Part shown: piece after piece, positions 46,750 through 56,666 of the stretch
How the letters are laid out: each line of letters opens with the position of its first letter
Numbering within the stretch: the first letter of the stretch is position 1
Translations under genes and position numbers: made by a program
IMG/VR virus record: IMGVR_UViG_3300009103_000001
Coordinates: 124,001 to 188,000 of that record
DNA: 64,000 bases
Strand: one strand, 5' to 3'
Notes under the pieces: model-generated
Databases searched by the model: none
Seen by the model: only the letters and a program-made list of their open reading frames with translations
Told to the model about the DNA's origin: nothing

Positions 46750-48897
46750 ATGAGTGGAGTAGTCGGACCAAGATTATCGACCATACCACCAACATTTTTT
46801 GATGATTATTCATTTAAATTTGATGGGTCAGATGATAATATACCTATTGGTACAGCATCACTTGGTATAACATCATCAATATCTGTTTCTGCTTGGGTTA
46901 AAATACCCACCACAAACACAGGTGGACCAGCACCAAATATTCAAGAAATAATATGTGAGGATACAACAGGTGGAACACAAAGAAATTGGGGTTTATTTTG
47001 GAGACATATAAGTGTAGCAAACAAGTATTTTCAATTTAGCGTTTTTCACACCGATGGTACGGCTACAGGAATTCAATCGACAGGAATAGTCCCTAATGAT
47101 GGTAATTGGCATCACGTTATGGGAACTTTTGATGGAACAACAAATGCAAATGGATTAAAATTATATGTCGATGGTACTTTATTTCAAACTACTGCTGGAA
47201 GTACAGGAATAAGAAGTACATCAACTGTAGAACCTTCAATTGGTAGTTTAACTAATGCAGGAAATTGGTTTTTTGAAGGTAACATTGATGAGGTATCGGT
47301 TTGGGATAGCGTACAAGATATTAGTAATGTTTGGGATGGTAATGGTAAACCGATAGATATAACTTCCACAAATCCAATGGTTTGGTACAGAATGGGAGAC
47401 AATGCAACATATAGGGACCCTCAATGGTTACTTCCAAATAACGAAAATAAAGATAAGGCATCAAATTATTCAATGTCGTTTGATGGCACTAATGATTATA
47501 TTGATTGTGGTAATATCCCAGAAATAAAAAATAATACTGAAATGACACTTTCATTTTGGGCAAAAATTGAAGATATGGCTTTCAGGATTTTATTTGGTCA
47601 AAATTTAGTGGCGGGTAATGATATTTTTCAATTATATCTATGGGGAGCAACACCTGTTTTGTATATGTGGATAAAAAATGGTGGTACGGGAACGGTTAGT
47701 TATGTAGACAACGCAACATTAACTTCTTTAGTTAGTGTTGGGGTTTGGAATCATTTTACATTAGTGTTTAATGGTTCTTTAACTAATGACGATAGATGTA
47801 AATTATTTATTAATGGTGGTGGTGATGCAATTACAAATAGAGGTACAATGCCAACAGCATTTACTAATAGTGATGAACCATTTTTAATAGGTAGAGGAAC
47901 AAATGGTTATTTTCAAGGAAATATAGACAATGTTGCAGTTTGGGATTCTGACCAATCCGCTAATGTTTCTACAATATATAATGGTGGCATTCCTTCAGAC
48001 CTTTCAAGTCTTAATCCTATTAATTATTATAAAATGGGAGAAAACGCAACATATAGGGGTCAATGGTTATTACTTTCAAATGAGAATAAAGATAAATTTA
48101 GTAATTATTCAATGAGTTTTGATGGGACGGATGATTATATTACAATGGGTAACCCTTCAGAACTACAAATTACAGGAAATCTTACTTTATCTGCGTGGAT
48201 AAAACATCCTAACCCAATTACAAATAATAATTTTATTTGTGGTAGGGATAACGGCTCTGCTAGTCGTAACTATTCTATTTGGAGTAGAAGTGGGACAGGA
48301 GTAGCGTTTGCTATATTTAAAAGTGGTGTATTTACATACATAGCAGATAGTGTCACAACAGTAGATGATGGTGAATGGCATCATGTGATGGGGGTTAATG
48401 ATGGCACTGACTTGAAACTATACATCGATGGGGCGTTAAAAGGGACTAATTCTGGAGGTGGAGGAACCATCGACAATGATGTTGTAGATTTTACGGTTGG
48501 GTCTTACGTGGTTTATAGTGGAGATGAGTTTGAGGGTCAGATTGATGGTGTGGCTGTTTTTAATAGTGATAAGAGTGGTAATATAAGTACAATCTACAAT
48601 GGTGGTATTCCTACAGACCTATCGGGAGAATCTGGGTTGGTTGGCTATTGGAGAATGGGAGAAGATGCAACTTTCTCCACAAACTGGACAATACCAGACC
48701 AAGTAGGAGGTAATGATGGCACAAGTGTTAACATGGATATTAATGACAGAGTTGACGACGCACCAAGTAGTTCAGGAAATACAGTTAGTTATAATATGGA
48801 TATTAATGACCGAGTTGGGGATGCCCCAAATAGTCAAAATAATATATTAAGTGCAAACATACCATTAAGCGGAAGAACAACTGATGTTCCCACGTAA
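46750..48897 (+). CDS. LamG-like protein with 3 domains
   Basis: Three LamG-like units plus a terminal cassette. Confidence 0.85.
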   Translation: MSGVVGPRLSTIPPTFFDDYSFKFDGSDDNIPIGTASLGITSSISVSAWVKIPTTNTGGPAPNIQEIICEDTTGGTQRNWGLFWRHISVANKYFQFSVFHTDGTATGIQSTGIVPNDGNWHHVMGTFDGTTNANGLKLYVDGTLFQTTAGSTGIRSTSTVEPSIGSLTNAGNWFFEGNIDEVSVWDSVQDISNVWDGNGKPIDITSTNPMVWYRMGDNATYRDPQWLLPNNENKDKASNYSMSFDGTNDYIDCGNIPEIKNNTEMTLSFWAKIEDMAFRILFGQNLVAGNDIFQLYLWGATPVLYMWIKNGGTGTVSYVDNATLTSLVSVGVWNHFTLVFNGSLTNDDRCKLFINGGGDAITNRGTMPTAFTNSDEPFLIGRGTNGYFQGNIDNVAVWDSDQSANVSTIYNGGIPSDLSSLNPINYYKMGENATYRGQWLLLSNENKDKFSNYSMSFDGTDDYITMGNPSELQITGNLTLSAWIKHPNPITNNNFICGRDNGSASRNYSIWSRSGTGVAFAIFKSGVFTYIADSVTTVDDGEWHHVMGVNDGTDLKLYIDGALKGTNSGGGGTIDNDVVDFTVGSYVVYSGDEFEGQIDGVAVFNSDKSGNISTIYNGGIPTDLSGESGLVGYWRMGEDATFSTNWTIPDQVGGNDGTSVNMDINDRVDDAPSSSGNTVSYNMDINDRVGDAPNSQNNILSANIPLSGRTTDVPT

Positions 48898-48924
48898 TTT
48901 TTATTCATTTTAATTAATTCTACA

Positions 48925-48932
48925 TATTTATT
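48925..48932 (+). promoter_or_regulatory. Candidate late promoter variant TATTTATT
   Basis: Upstream of 48979; one mismatch. Confidence 0.35.
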
Positions 48933-48978
48933 AATATAATAACATTTTAATCTACTGGATAGGGAAAGTAATTAAATA

Positions 48979-51900
48979 ATGGCGAACGAATTTGTAATAA
49001 AGAACGGTTTTATCTCCAAGGGAGATTCTATAGTTAATGGAACCATTTCTGGTGAAACATTAAATCTTACAACAATACCGACAAACGATAATTCTCAAAC
49101 ACAAGTATTAGTTAGAAATAATACCACAGGTGTGGTAGAATATAGAGACGCATCATCATTAAGTGGTGGGTCAGGGACAAATACATTTGTAACAGGAACA
49201 ACTTTCGCTAGCAATCAATTTGTTACCACAAGAAATGATGGTGTAGATGTATTAAAATTTAGTGGTGGGTCAAACGTAACTTTATCCAACCCATCTTCAA
49301 ACCAAATTAAAATAGATGTTTCTTTACCACCATCTATGAATACGTATGTAACTGGTTTTACATACAACGATAATAACACATTTACAATATTTGATAACGT
49401 TGGTGGGGTATTCCCAGCAACAATTAATCAAGTAAGTGGTTTAACGGTTAATGGTGATATTACAGTAACAGGTATATCTAATTTAAATACTGTAACCGCC
49501 ACCACAATTGATTTTGATTTAAATTATACTGGTGCAACGGCAGAAGGTAGATTGTCTTGGAACGGAGATGATGGGACACTTGATTTAGGAATGGGTGGTG
49601 GAAATGTAACCCAACAAATTGGTCAAGAAATATATTATAAAATTAAAAATCAAAGTGGGGCAACAATATCTAATGGTAGGGTTATTAGAAATGCGGGTTC
49701 GCTTGGTGCATCAGGAAGAATATTAGGTGAGTATATGATTGCGGATGGTACATATCCTTTCGCAAAAACTTTAGGTATTGCAACAGAAGATATCGCAAAT
49801 GGTGACGAAGGTTTTGTTACTGAATTTGGTGTTGTTAGAGGAATTGACACCACAGGTTCTATTTATGGTGAATCTTGGTCAGATGGTGATGTATTATATG
49901 TGTCTCCAACCATTGCTGGTGGATTAACAATCGTTGAACCAACCGCACCGAATCAAGTTTTAGAAATGGGCGTTGTATTAAATTCGGCTATTAATGGTTC
50001 TATATTTGTAGATAGACATCTTTCTACTAAGTTAGGTGATATTAGTGATGTAGAAACCACAGGTTGTACAAATGGTGATTTAATTGTTTATAACTCCGCA
50101 ACCACTGTTTGGGAATATAGTAAAGTATTAAATGGTGATTATGATATTAACGGGACATTGTCTGCAACAACATATTATGGTGATGGTTCTAATTTAACTG
50201 GAATATCTACACAAATAGATACTGGAAATGTTCTTTGGGTTGATAATATATTTGGAAACGATGGTACTGCATTAGTAGATAGACAAGATAGACCTTGGGC
50301 TAGTATCGCCACCGCTATTAGTAATGCATCTACAAATGATACTATATTAGTTAGACCAGGTGATTATGTTGAATCATCGTTTACGTTAAACCCAGCGACA
50401 TCATTAGTAAGTCAAGGTGGGGCTAAAGTAACATCTATCAGTGCGTCAACTACTACAGGTAATTTTATTACTATTTCAGGTTCTTCTTATATGGAAGGAT
50501 TTACAGTTTATACCCCCACAGATGATTCCGCAGCATTATATATGAACGACTCAACCGCTGGTATTGTAACCACTTTAAATGATGTACATTTTAAAGGTTC
50601 AAGTACAGTATCACCACCTTTAGGTAAGGGTGTTGTTATGGATACGGGATTAGCTGGTAATGGTAAAATTATATATAGAGAACTTAGATATGGTGGTGGT
50701 AATTTAAATATATTAGCTGAAGTTAATAAAGGTATTTTTGCATTAGATGGTATGCATGTACCAGGTGGAGGAACAGTTAATAAAGCCATCCAAATGAATG
50801 GTGGTAGAGGTCAATTAATTAATGTTAATGTTGGTAACCCCTCTTGCGATACTGCATTAAGTGTTAGTGGTACATCTTCAAACAAACCAGTTGTTGCGGG
50901 ATTTGGTTTTAACATATTTAATGTTCCAATAGGGATAGAAATAACATCAGATGACTATGATGTTGAGGTTCAACAAGGTAGATTAGATGCTGGAACTACA
51001 AACGTATTAGTGTCAAGTGGTGTTACAGGGTCAAATGGTAAATTAAATCTAACCTCATTTTCAATGGATTCAACAAAGTTGTCTATTCCGTATGGTTGGG
51101 TTGATTCACCACACACATTTCAATTTTCAGATATTGGTAATTCACAAAATATTGAACCTATTTTAAGAAGTTGGTCAAACTTTGAGGTTGGTCATGCAAA
51201 TAAGGGGTTTGAAACCAATCTTGGTCGTGGTTCTGAATATCAGAATGGGTTACATGTTCATAGTAGTGGAACAACAGGTACAACACACCTTTCAATGTCT
51301 GCCAAAACAGAGGGTGTTACTTGGTCTTTTGAGTCATTAACCGCTGGAGAACAACTTTATATTGGTAGTGAAGAAAAATATTCTAATGGTGAATTTGTTA
51401 GATTTAACGGTTTTGAGGTTGGTTATACTGGTTCGACTGGTGGGACATATACAATAGAATATTATTCTGGTGGTACTTGGGTAGATGTAAAATATCAAGT
51501 AGTACACCATAATTTAGGTTATAATTACGCAAATACATTGTTTTCTAGGTCGGTTGATTCTTTGGAGGATATTAGGATTGGTATAGATGAGAATAGTGGT
51601 TGGGAAAGTACAACACTTTTTGGTCATGAGGCAAAATGGATTAGAATTACAATGGTTACACCTCCAGCATCCTTACCCCAATTTGATTTATTGTGGTTGG
51701 AACCATCACATACAGAAGTTAATGATAATGGTATATTAAATTTTTACGGTAATGCTCTATATAGGGACACATTAGTTTCTGCTGGTAATATATTTGGTTT
51801 AGATGGTGCGGTTACAGATGCATCAATAACGGTTGGTTCTACGGTAACTTGGGACCATATTATGGAAAACTCACAATTTAATACTTCGGGTATGATGGGC

Positions 51901-52368
51901 ACTCAACCAGGTGATGCAATAATGTTACAAAGTATTCTACCTAAAGGTACTTGCACAGCATACCCTTTAAGAGTAATTATACATTATATTTTAACAGGTA
52001 GTGGCCCATTAACTACTTTACCAGAAATAACTTTATCCGTTGTTGGGAAAGAGACTTATAATAATTTTAACGCAGACCCAGCAGGTGGATTGGCACCAAC
52101 AAGGAGAACTTTAACAAATACAAATGATTTAACTACTGGTGGTGAGGAAGTAAATATAGAATTAGGAGAACTAGCTGATTTTTCATCAGAATATCTTTCT
52201 GTTACTGAAGAATATGATTTTGACATATCTTCATTATATGAAAGTGATGGGGTATTTATAAGAATAGAATTTTTTGATGAGGGTGTACCCTCACAAACAA
52301 TAACATTTCCCGCAATTGAAGCTTCAATTGTTAAATGGGCATTGGGTGATAGAATAAGAGTAGAATAA
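48979..52368 (+). CDS. Tail fibre/spike protein with probable beta-helix region
   Basis: 1129 aa; shares stalk modules with 34333-39279; LWVDNIFGNDG...RPWASI beta-helix-type start. Confidence 0.7.
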   Translation: MANEFVIKNGFISKGDSIVNGTISGETLNLTTIPTNDNSQTQVLVRNNTTGVVEYRDASSLSGGSGTNTFVTGTTFASNQFVTTRNDGVDVLKFSGGSNVTLSNPSSNQIKIDVSLPPSMNTYVTGFTYNDNNTFTIFDNVGGVFPATINQVSGLTVNGDITVTGISNLNTVTATTIDFDLNYTGATAEGRLSWNGDDGTLDLGMGGGNVTQQIGQEIYYKIKNQSGATISNGRVIRNAGSLGASGRILGEYMIADGTYPFAKTLGIATEDIANGDEGFVTEFGVVRGIDTTGSIYGESWSDGDVLYVSPTIAGGLTIVEPTAPNQVLEMGVVLNSAINGSIFVDRHLSTKLGDISDVETTGCTNGDLIVYNSATTVWEYSKVLNGDYDINGTLSATTYYGDGSNLTGISTQIDTGNVLWVDNIFGNDGTALVDRQDRPWASIATAISNASTNDTILVRPGDYVESSFTLNPATSLVSQGGAKVTSISASTTTGNFITISGSSYMEGFTVYTPTDDSAALYMNDSTAGIVTTLNDVHFKGSSTVSPPLGKGVVMDTGLAGNGKIIYRELRYGGGNLNILAEVNKGIFALDGMHVPGGGTVNKAIQMNGGRGQLINVNVGNPSCDTALSVSGTSSNKPVVAGFGFNIFNVPIGIEITSDDYDVEVQQGRLDAGTTNVLVSSGVTGSNGKLNLTSFSMDSTKLSIPYGWVDSPHTFQFSDIGNSQNIEPILRSWSNFEVGHANKGFETNLGRGSEYQNGLHVHSSGTTGTTHLSMSAKTEGVTWSFESLTAGEQLYIGSEEKYSNGEFVRFNGFEVGYTGSTGGTYTIEYYSGGTWVDVKYQVVHHNLGYNYANTLFSRSVDSLEDIRIGIDENSGWESTTLFGHEAKWIRITMVTPPASLPQFDLLWLEPSHTEVNDNGILNFYGNALYRDTLVSAGNIFGLDGAVTDASITVGSTVTWDHIMENSQFNTSGMMGTQPGDAIMLQSILPKGTCTAYPLRVIIHYILTGSGPLTTLPEITLSVVGKETYNNFNADPAGGLAPTRRTLTNTNDLTTGGEEVNIELGELADFSSEYLSVTEEYDFDISSLYESDGVFIRIEFFDEGVPSQTITFPAIEASIVKWALGDRIRVE

Positions 52369-52378
52369 ATATATTAAA

Positions 52379-53635
52379 ATGGCAACTACAAATCAATTAT
52401 TATACACACAAGAGTTTACAGGAACAACATTTACTGTAACACATAATTTAGATAGATTAAATTTAGATTATAGAGTTGTTTGTAGTGGTAGTAGTAGACC
52501 AGATTTAGTACAATCTATAGAATTTTCGACTGGAAATGAAAGAAATAGTTTTGATGTTTATTTAACTTCATCTAATGTTGGTGTATTACAAGTATTGGAT
52601 ACTACTAGATATCCAATTAATTTACCTTCACCTGAAAGAATTAATGTAGGTTCTCAAATAGGGTTCATTAGTGGAACAACTCTTAATGGTGATATATTAG
52701 AATTAAATAGAACTGGTGGTCATCCAGCACTTACAACAGATTTATCTACAATTGATACCGATAGATATGTGACTGGTGCAACATTAAATTCAACAACTTT
52801 AGAAATAGGAAGAAATGGTGGACTTTCAGCTGTAACGGCAGATTTATCAAGTATAGATGGAACTGTTAAGCGGGTTGATGGTGTGGGGACAGTTAATGGG
52901 TTAACATTGACTGGTACTATAACTGATAATGGTGATTTAACTTTAGGTGGTACACTAGCTATAAATGATGGTGATTGGTCTGGAACTGATTTATCTATTA
53001 CAAATGGTGGTACAGGACAAAGTAACGCACAAGATGCGATAAACGCATTAACTCAAGTTAGTAGTGCGACAAATGAACATGTATTAACAAAAGACACCTC
53101 CACAGGTAATGCGACATGGAAAGCTGGTGGTGGTGGAACAGATAAATTTGTTAGTGGTGGTACTTTTAATACGGGAACAACTAGTATAGATTTAGTTGGT
53201 AACTCTTCAGACACAACATTTAGTGTTGATATGGGAATCATACAACATGATAGACAAGTCGCTGACATACCTACATGGAGCCCTAGTGGTCCATCGTCAT
53301 ATACTGACATTACTGATGCTACTCTCGACACAGGTAATTTAGGCACAAATGGTGATTATATTATAATATTTAACGCTAACTGGCAAGGTAGTGCTAAAAA
53401 TGAAGAAGCTGATTTTCAGATACTTGTTGGTGGTTCTGTGGTATCAATTAGTGAAAGGGGTCATTCTAATCATAAAGCTGGTGAAGATTACACAATATCT
53501 TCATCTATTATGGTTGAAAATGTTGCTAGTGGTACAACAATTAAAGTACAAGGTAAGATAAGTGGTGGTAATTTAACAGTGCAAAGGGGTACATTAATAA
53601 TTGACGGAATAAGAACAACAAACAATATATCATAA
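52379..53635 (+). CDS. Putative tail-associated structural protein
   Basis: 418 aa, G/T/S-rich, with YVTGATL and FVSGGTF stalk-like motifs. Confidence 0.55.
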   Translation: MATTNQLLYTQEFTGTTFTVTHNLDRLNLDYRVVCSGSSRPDLVQSIEFSTGNERNSFDVYLTSSNVGVLQVLDTTRYPINLPSPERINVGSQIGFISGTTLNGDILELNRTGGHPALTTDLSTIDTDRYVTGATLNSTTLEIGRNGGLSAVTADLSSIDGTVKRVDGVGTVNGLTLTGTITDNGDLTLGGTLAINDGDWSGTDLSITNGGTGQSNAQDAINALTQVSSATNEHVLTKDTSTGNATWKAGGGGTDKFVSGGTFNTGTTSIDLVGNSSDTTFSVDMGIIQHDRQVADIPTWSPSGPSSYTDITDATLDTGNLGTNGDYIIIFNANWQGSAKNEEADFQILVGGSVVSISERGHSNHKAGEDYTISSSIMVENVASGTTIKVQGKISGGNLTVQRGTLIIDGIRTTNNIS

Positions 53636-53636
53636 T

Positions 53637-54371
53637 ATGAATTATAATTTATTTGCATATAATATTAGTGGACAAACAGTAGGGGTAGATATAAATTCTT
53701 GGTGGCCCGAAGAATTAAATGGTAACGAACCATTTGTTTTAGTTAGTGGTCAAACATTTAATGGGTATGATAATATAACCTCAATTGAGGATATGTATAA
53801 TTGGGGGTCTAACCCTTGCGGTAGTTATCAAACTTGGCAAAAAGGTGTTAGATTATGTGGTTATGAAACTGGTTGGACAGCAATGACAGATACAGAAAAG
53901 GATATTATTATAGATATGTATGCATATCCAGAAGGTTCAACGGAAATAGTAACTTATTTGGTAATAACAAAAGGGATGACAGTTAATGAAGCAGAAGATT
54001 ATTTAATTGATAAGTGGCACATCTATTGGAATAGTTTCTTGGAAGATTGTCCAGAAAGATGGAGTAATGCGGCTAAGGTTACTGTAGGTTATTTACCATT
54101 TAGTGCATCATCACAATTATTAGATACAGTAAATGTACTGGTTGACAAATATATTGTTGCTGGAAGATTGGGGATTGGTTATGGTGATACAAGTGATGGG
54201 TTAATGAATTTCATTATGTCATCAAGTGGTTACGTTGGAAATGGATTAGAAGAATATTGTACTTCACAAGGGTTTACACTAAAGAAAGGTGATTATGATA
54301 ATTTTAGATTGGATTTACAAAATACTATAATTGACCCTTATTTTTGGCCTGAGATAGAACAATATATTTAA
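53637..54371 (+). CDS. Hypothetical protein
   Basis: 244-aa ORF at the end of the structural block. Confidence 0.6.
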   Translation: MNYNLFAYNISGQTVGVDINSWWPEELNGNEPFVLVSGQTFNGYDNITSIEDMYNWGSNPCGSYQTWQKGVRLCGYETGWTAMTDTEKDIIIDMYAYPEGSTEIVTYLVITKGMTVNEAEDYLIDKWHIYWNSFLEDCPERWSNAAKVTVGYLPFSASSQLLDTVNVLVDKYIVAGRLGIGYGDTSDGLMNFIMSSSGYVGNGLEEYCTSQGFTLKKGDYDNFRLDLQNTIIDPYFWPEIEQYI

Positions 54372-54418
54372 CCTTTATTTTTACTTTAAACTTACTATTT
54401 TAATATAAAATTTAAGTT

Positions 54419-54829
54419 TTGGATAGAGTTTTATTTAAATCTAATAAAATAGGTATTAAAAAATCACCCATACATGGTTGGGGTGTATTTGCATTGGAAG
54501 ATATTGAAATTGGTGATTTGATTGAGGAATGTCTCTATGTTCCAATAGAAACCTATAATGAGGGTGATGTGATAATACATTATTCATTTCCCTATCCAAG
54601 AATTTTTGGTGAGATTAAAGATAGTAATAAAAAAATAGATAAAATAATTCAAGTAATAGTATTAGGGTATGGTTCATTATATAATCATTCTCTAACACCA
54701 AATATTGATTATGTAACTAATACTGAATTAGGTGTGTTTGAATTTATATCGTTTAAAAAAATAAAAAAAGGAGAAGAATTATTTATAAAATATCATAATA
54801 ATCCAGATTTTATAAAAGAGAAAAAATAA
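54419..54829 (+). CDS. SET-domain protein lysine methyltransferase
   Basis: TTG start; KKSPIHGWGVFA, IEEC, GYGSLYNHS...PN, IKKGEELFIKY. Confidence 0.85.
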   Translation: MDRVLFKSNKIGIKKSPIHGWGVFALEDIEIGDLIEECLYVPIETYNEGDVIIHYSFPYPRIFGEIKDSNKKIDKIIQVIVLGYGSLYNHSLTPNIDYVTNTELGVFEFISFKKIKKGEELFIKYHNNPDFIKEKK

Positions 54830-55479
54830 TGGAAGCAACATTTAAAATAAACATGGTGGATATTTGTGACATCCAATTAGGTGACCATTTTAATACATTA
54901 GTAAACAAATATTCTAATATTGCACAAACTTTAAATCCTGATAAATTTAATAAAGAAGAATTAGATTTAAACTTTCCTTATATAGAATCTAAACAACGTA
55001 AGTATTATGGTTTAGTAGAAACACTATGGAATAGTGGGTTATTAAAAGATAATATGAAAATTATAGATTTAGGTTGTGGTTTATGTACAACATTATATAA
55101 TTTAAATTTACAATTTAAAAATTATAATATACCATCTAGTTTTTATGGTGTAGAATATAATGAAGAGTTATTAAAAATATTTACCAAATATTTAAGTCCT
55201 CTTTGGGAAAATAATTTCCCTAAATTTGCTTTAGGCGATATTATGGACTGTGATTTGTCACAATACGATTTAATATTATCATATCAACCATTTAAAGATT
55301 TAGAATTATTAGAAAAAATGTATAATAAAGTTTTTAGTGAAATGAAATCTGGTTCTGTTTTTCACGAACACAATTATAAAGATAGAGAAGAAACTTTACT
55401 AAGAAGTGTCAATAATAACATTGAACCGAAAATATCTTTATTTGGTGGTGAAAAACAACCTTTATTTATAAAAAAATGA
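54829..55479 (+). CDS. Class I SAM-dependent methyltransferase
   Basis: IIDLGCG, GVEYN, GDIMD, SYQPF. Confidence 0.75.
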   Translation: MEATFKINMVDICDIQLGDHFNTLVNKYSNIAQTLNPDKFNKEELDLNFPYIESKQRKYYGLVETLWNSGLLKDNMKIIDLGCGLCTTLYNLNLQFKNYNIPSSFYGVEYNEELLKIFTKYLSPLWENNFPKFALGDIMDCDLSQYDLILSYQPFKDLELLEKMYNKVFSEMKSGSVFHEHNYKDREETLLRSVNNNIEPKISLFGGEKQPLFIKK

Positions 55480-56423
55480 AAGCATTAGTAGTTTCAGGTG
55501 GTGGTAGCAAGGGCGCCTTTGGTGGTGGTGTTGCACAATACCTAATAGAAAAAGAAAAAAAAGAATACGATTTATTAATAGGGACTTCCACTGGTAGTTT
55601 ACTTGTACCATTTATTGCCATAAAAAAAATGGATACATTAAAAGAGGCATACACAACTGTTACCCAAAAAGATATTTTTAATGTTAACCCATTTAAAGTT
55701 AAAAGTGATGCAAATGGTGTAGTTAAAGTGGGGATTAATTTTAAAAATGTTTTATGGAATATATTGGTTAGGAGGAAGAAGTCATTTGGTGATGCAGATA
55801 ATCTTAAAAAATTGATAAGGAGATTTATGAGTGAAAAAGATTATAGAAAAATAAAAGATTCGGGTAGAGAAGTAATTTGTACCACCACAAACCTAACATT
55901 AGGTAAACCAGAATATAAATCAACAAAAGAATATGGGTATAAGGATTTTTGTGATTGGACATTAGCTTCAGCAACAGTACCACCATTTATGAGTGTGGTA
56001 GAAAAGGATGGTTATGAATATGCGGATGGAGCAATATTGGAACATGCTGCGATACAAGAAGCGATAAATAGAGGGGCGAAAGAAATAGATGTTATTATTC
56101 TTAGAAAGGAAGAAACTGAATTACCCCCAGAATTAATTAGAAATGCTTTTCACTATATATTTAGAACAATAGATTTAATGATGTTGGAGATAGGTAGGTC
56201 TGATGTTCAGATTGGTAAATTAAAATCTAAAAAAAATGATGTTAAATTAAATTTTTATTATACACCAAGAAAACTTACCAACAATTCTTTGATATTTAAT
56301 AAAGAGAACATGTCGAGTTGGTGGGAAGAAGGTTATATGTCCGCAAGAAAGAGATTTTGTAAGTCATATAATTTATGTGGCAAGAAAAAGGCTAAGTTAA
56401 CATATGATGGTACAATAGATTAA
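55476..56423 (+). CDS. Patatin-like phospholipase
   Basis: SGGGSKG oxyanion loop, GTSTG nucleophile, DGA catalytic Asp. Confidence 0.9.
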   Translation: MKALVVSGGGSKGAFGGGVAQYLIEKEKKEYDLLIGTSTGSLLVPFIAIKKMDTLKEAYTTVTQKDIFNVNPFKVKSDANGVVKVGINFKNVLWNILVRRKKSFGDADNLKKLIRRFMSEKDYRKIKDSGREVICTTTNLTLGKPEYKSTKEYGYKDFCDWTLASATVPPFMSVVEKDGYEYADGAILEHAAIQEAINRGAKEIDVIILRKEETELPPELIRNAFHYIFRTIDLMMLEIGRSDVQIGKLKSKKNDVKLNFYYTPRKLTNNSLIFNKENMSSWWEEGYMSARKRFCKSYNLCGKKKAKLTYDGTID

Positions 56424-56572
56424 TATTCACCATAAATATCTTTCTTAGGGGTACATTTTTCTCTTATTAACTTCTCAACAAAGGAGAACATTTTAAGGCC
56501 GTTTTTTTCACAATAGTCTTTTAATAATTTATGTGAATGAGGTGTTATTTTTAGGTTTTTAGTTCTTTTCAT
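56420..56572 (-). CDS. 50-aa ribbon-helix-helix-like DNA-binding protein
   Basis: MKRTKNLKITPHSHKLLKDYCEKNGLKMFSFVEKLIREKCTPKKDIYGEY; strand-helix-helix pattern; not in the ORF track. Confidence 0.6.
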   Translation of the reverse strand: MKRTKNLKITPHSHKLLKDYCEKNGLKMFSFVEKLIREKCTPKKDIYGEY

Positions 56573-56594
56573 TAGCTTTTCTTTATAAGTATGA

Positions 56595-56602
56595 CAAAAG
56601 TA
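56595..56602 (-). promoter_or_regulatory. Bacteroidota-type -7 box for the RHH-like gene
   Basis: TACTTTTG on the minus strand, 22 nt upstream of the ATG at 56572. Confidence 0.5.
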
Positions 56603-56616
56603 AGACTTTTATCTCA

Positions 56617-56646
56617 TTTATTTTGTGGTATATACCACAAAATAAA
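56617..56646. promoter_or_regulatory. Perfect 30-bp palindrome, candidate operator
   Basis: tttattttgtggtat|ataccacaaaataaa between the divergent RHH-like and sheath genes. Confidence 0.6.
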
Positions 56647-56666
56647 ATTTTTGGGTTTTTAAGTAA

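Larger units (their letters stand above)
41221..48897 (+). repeat. Dispersed in-frame repeats: 7 junction cassettes and 4 terminal cassettes in the LamG genes
   Basis: Junctions near 41221-41390, 41851-42020, 43420-43590, 44030-44240, 45500-45680, 47370-47510, 47940-48140; terminal cassettes near 42470-42771, 44730-45015, 46225-46434, 48595-48897 (boundaries approximate). Confidence 0.85.

Noticed and set aside
41221-48897. CRISPR-like pattern of repeats separated by unique sequence
   Set aside because: The repeats are long, in frame, inside ORFs and about 600 bp apart; no cas genes are in the window
39281-48897. Diversity-generating retroelement acting on the LamG genes
   Set aside because: No reverse transcriptase in the window, and differences between repeat copies are not visibly restricted to adenines
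34599-53346. Minus-strand ORFs inside the tail and LamG genes
   Set aside because: Shadow frames produced by biased G/S/T/N codon usage
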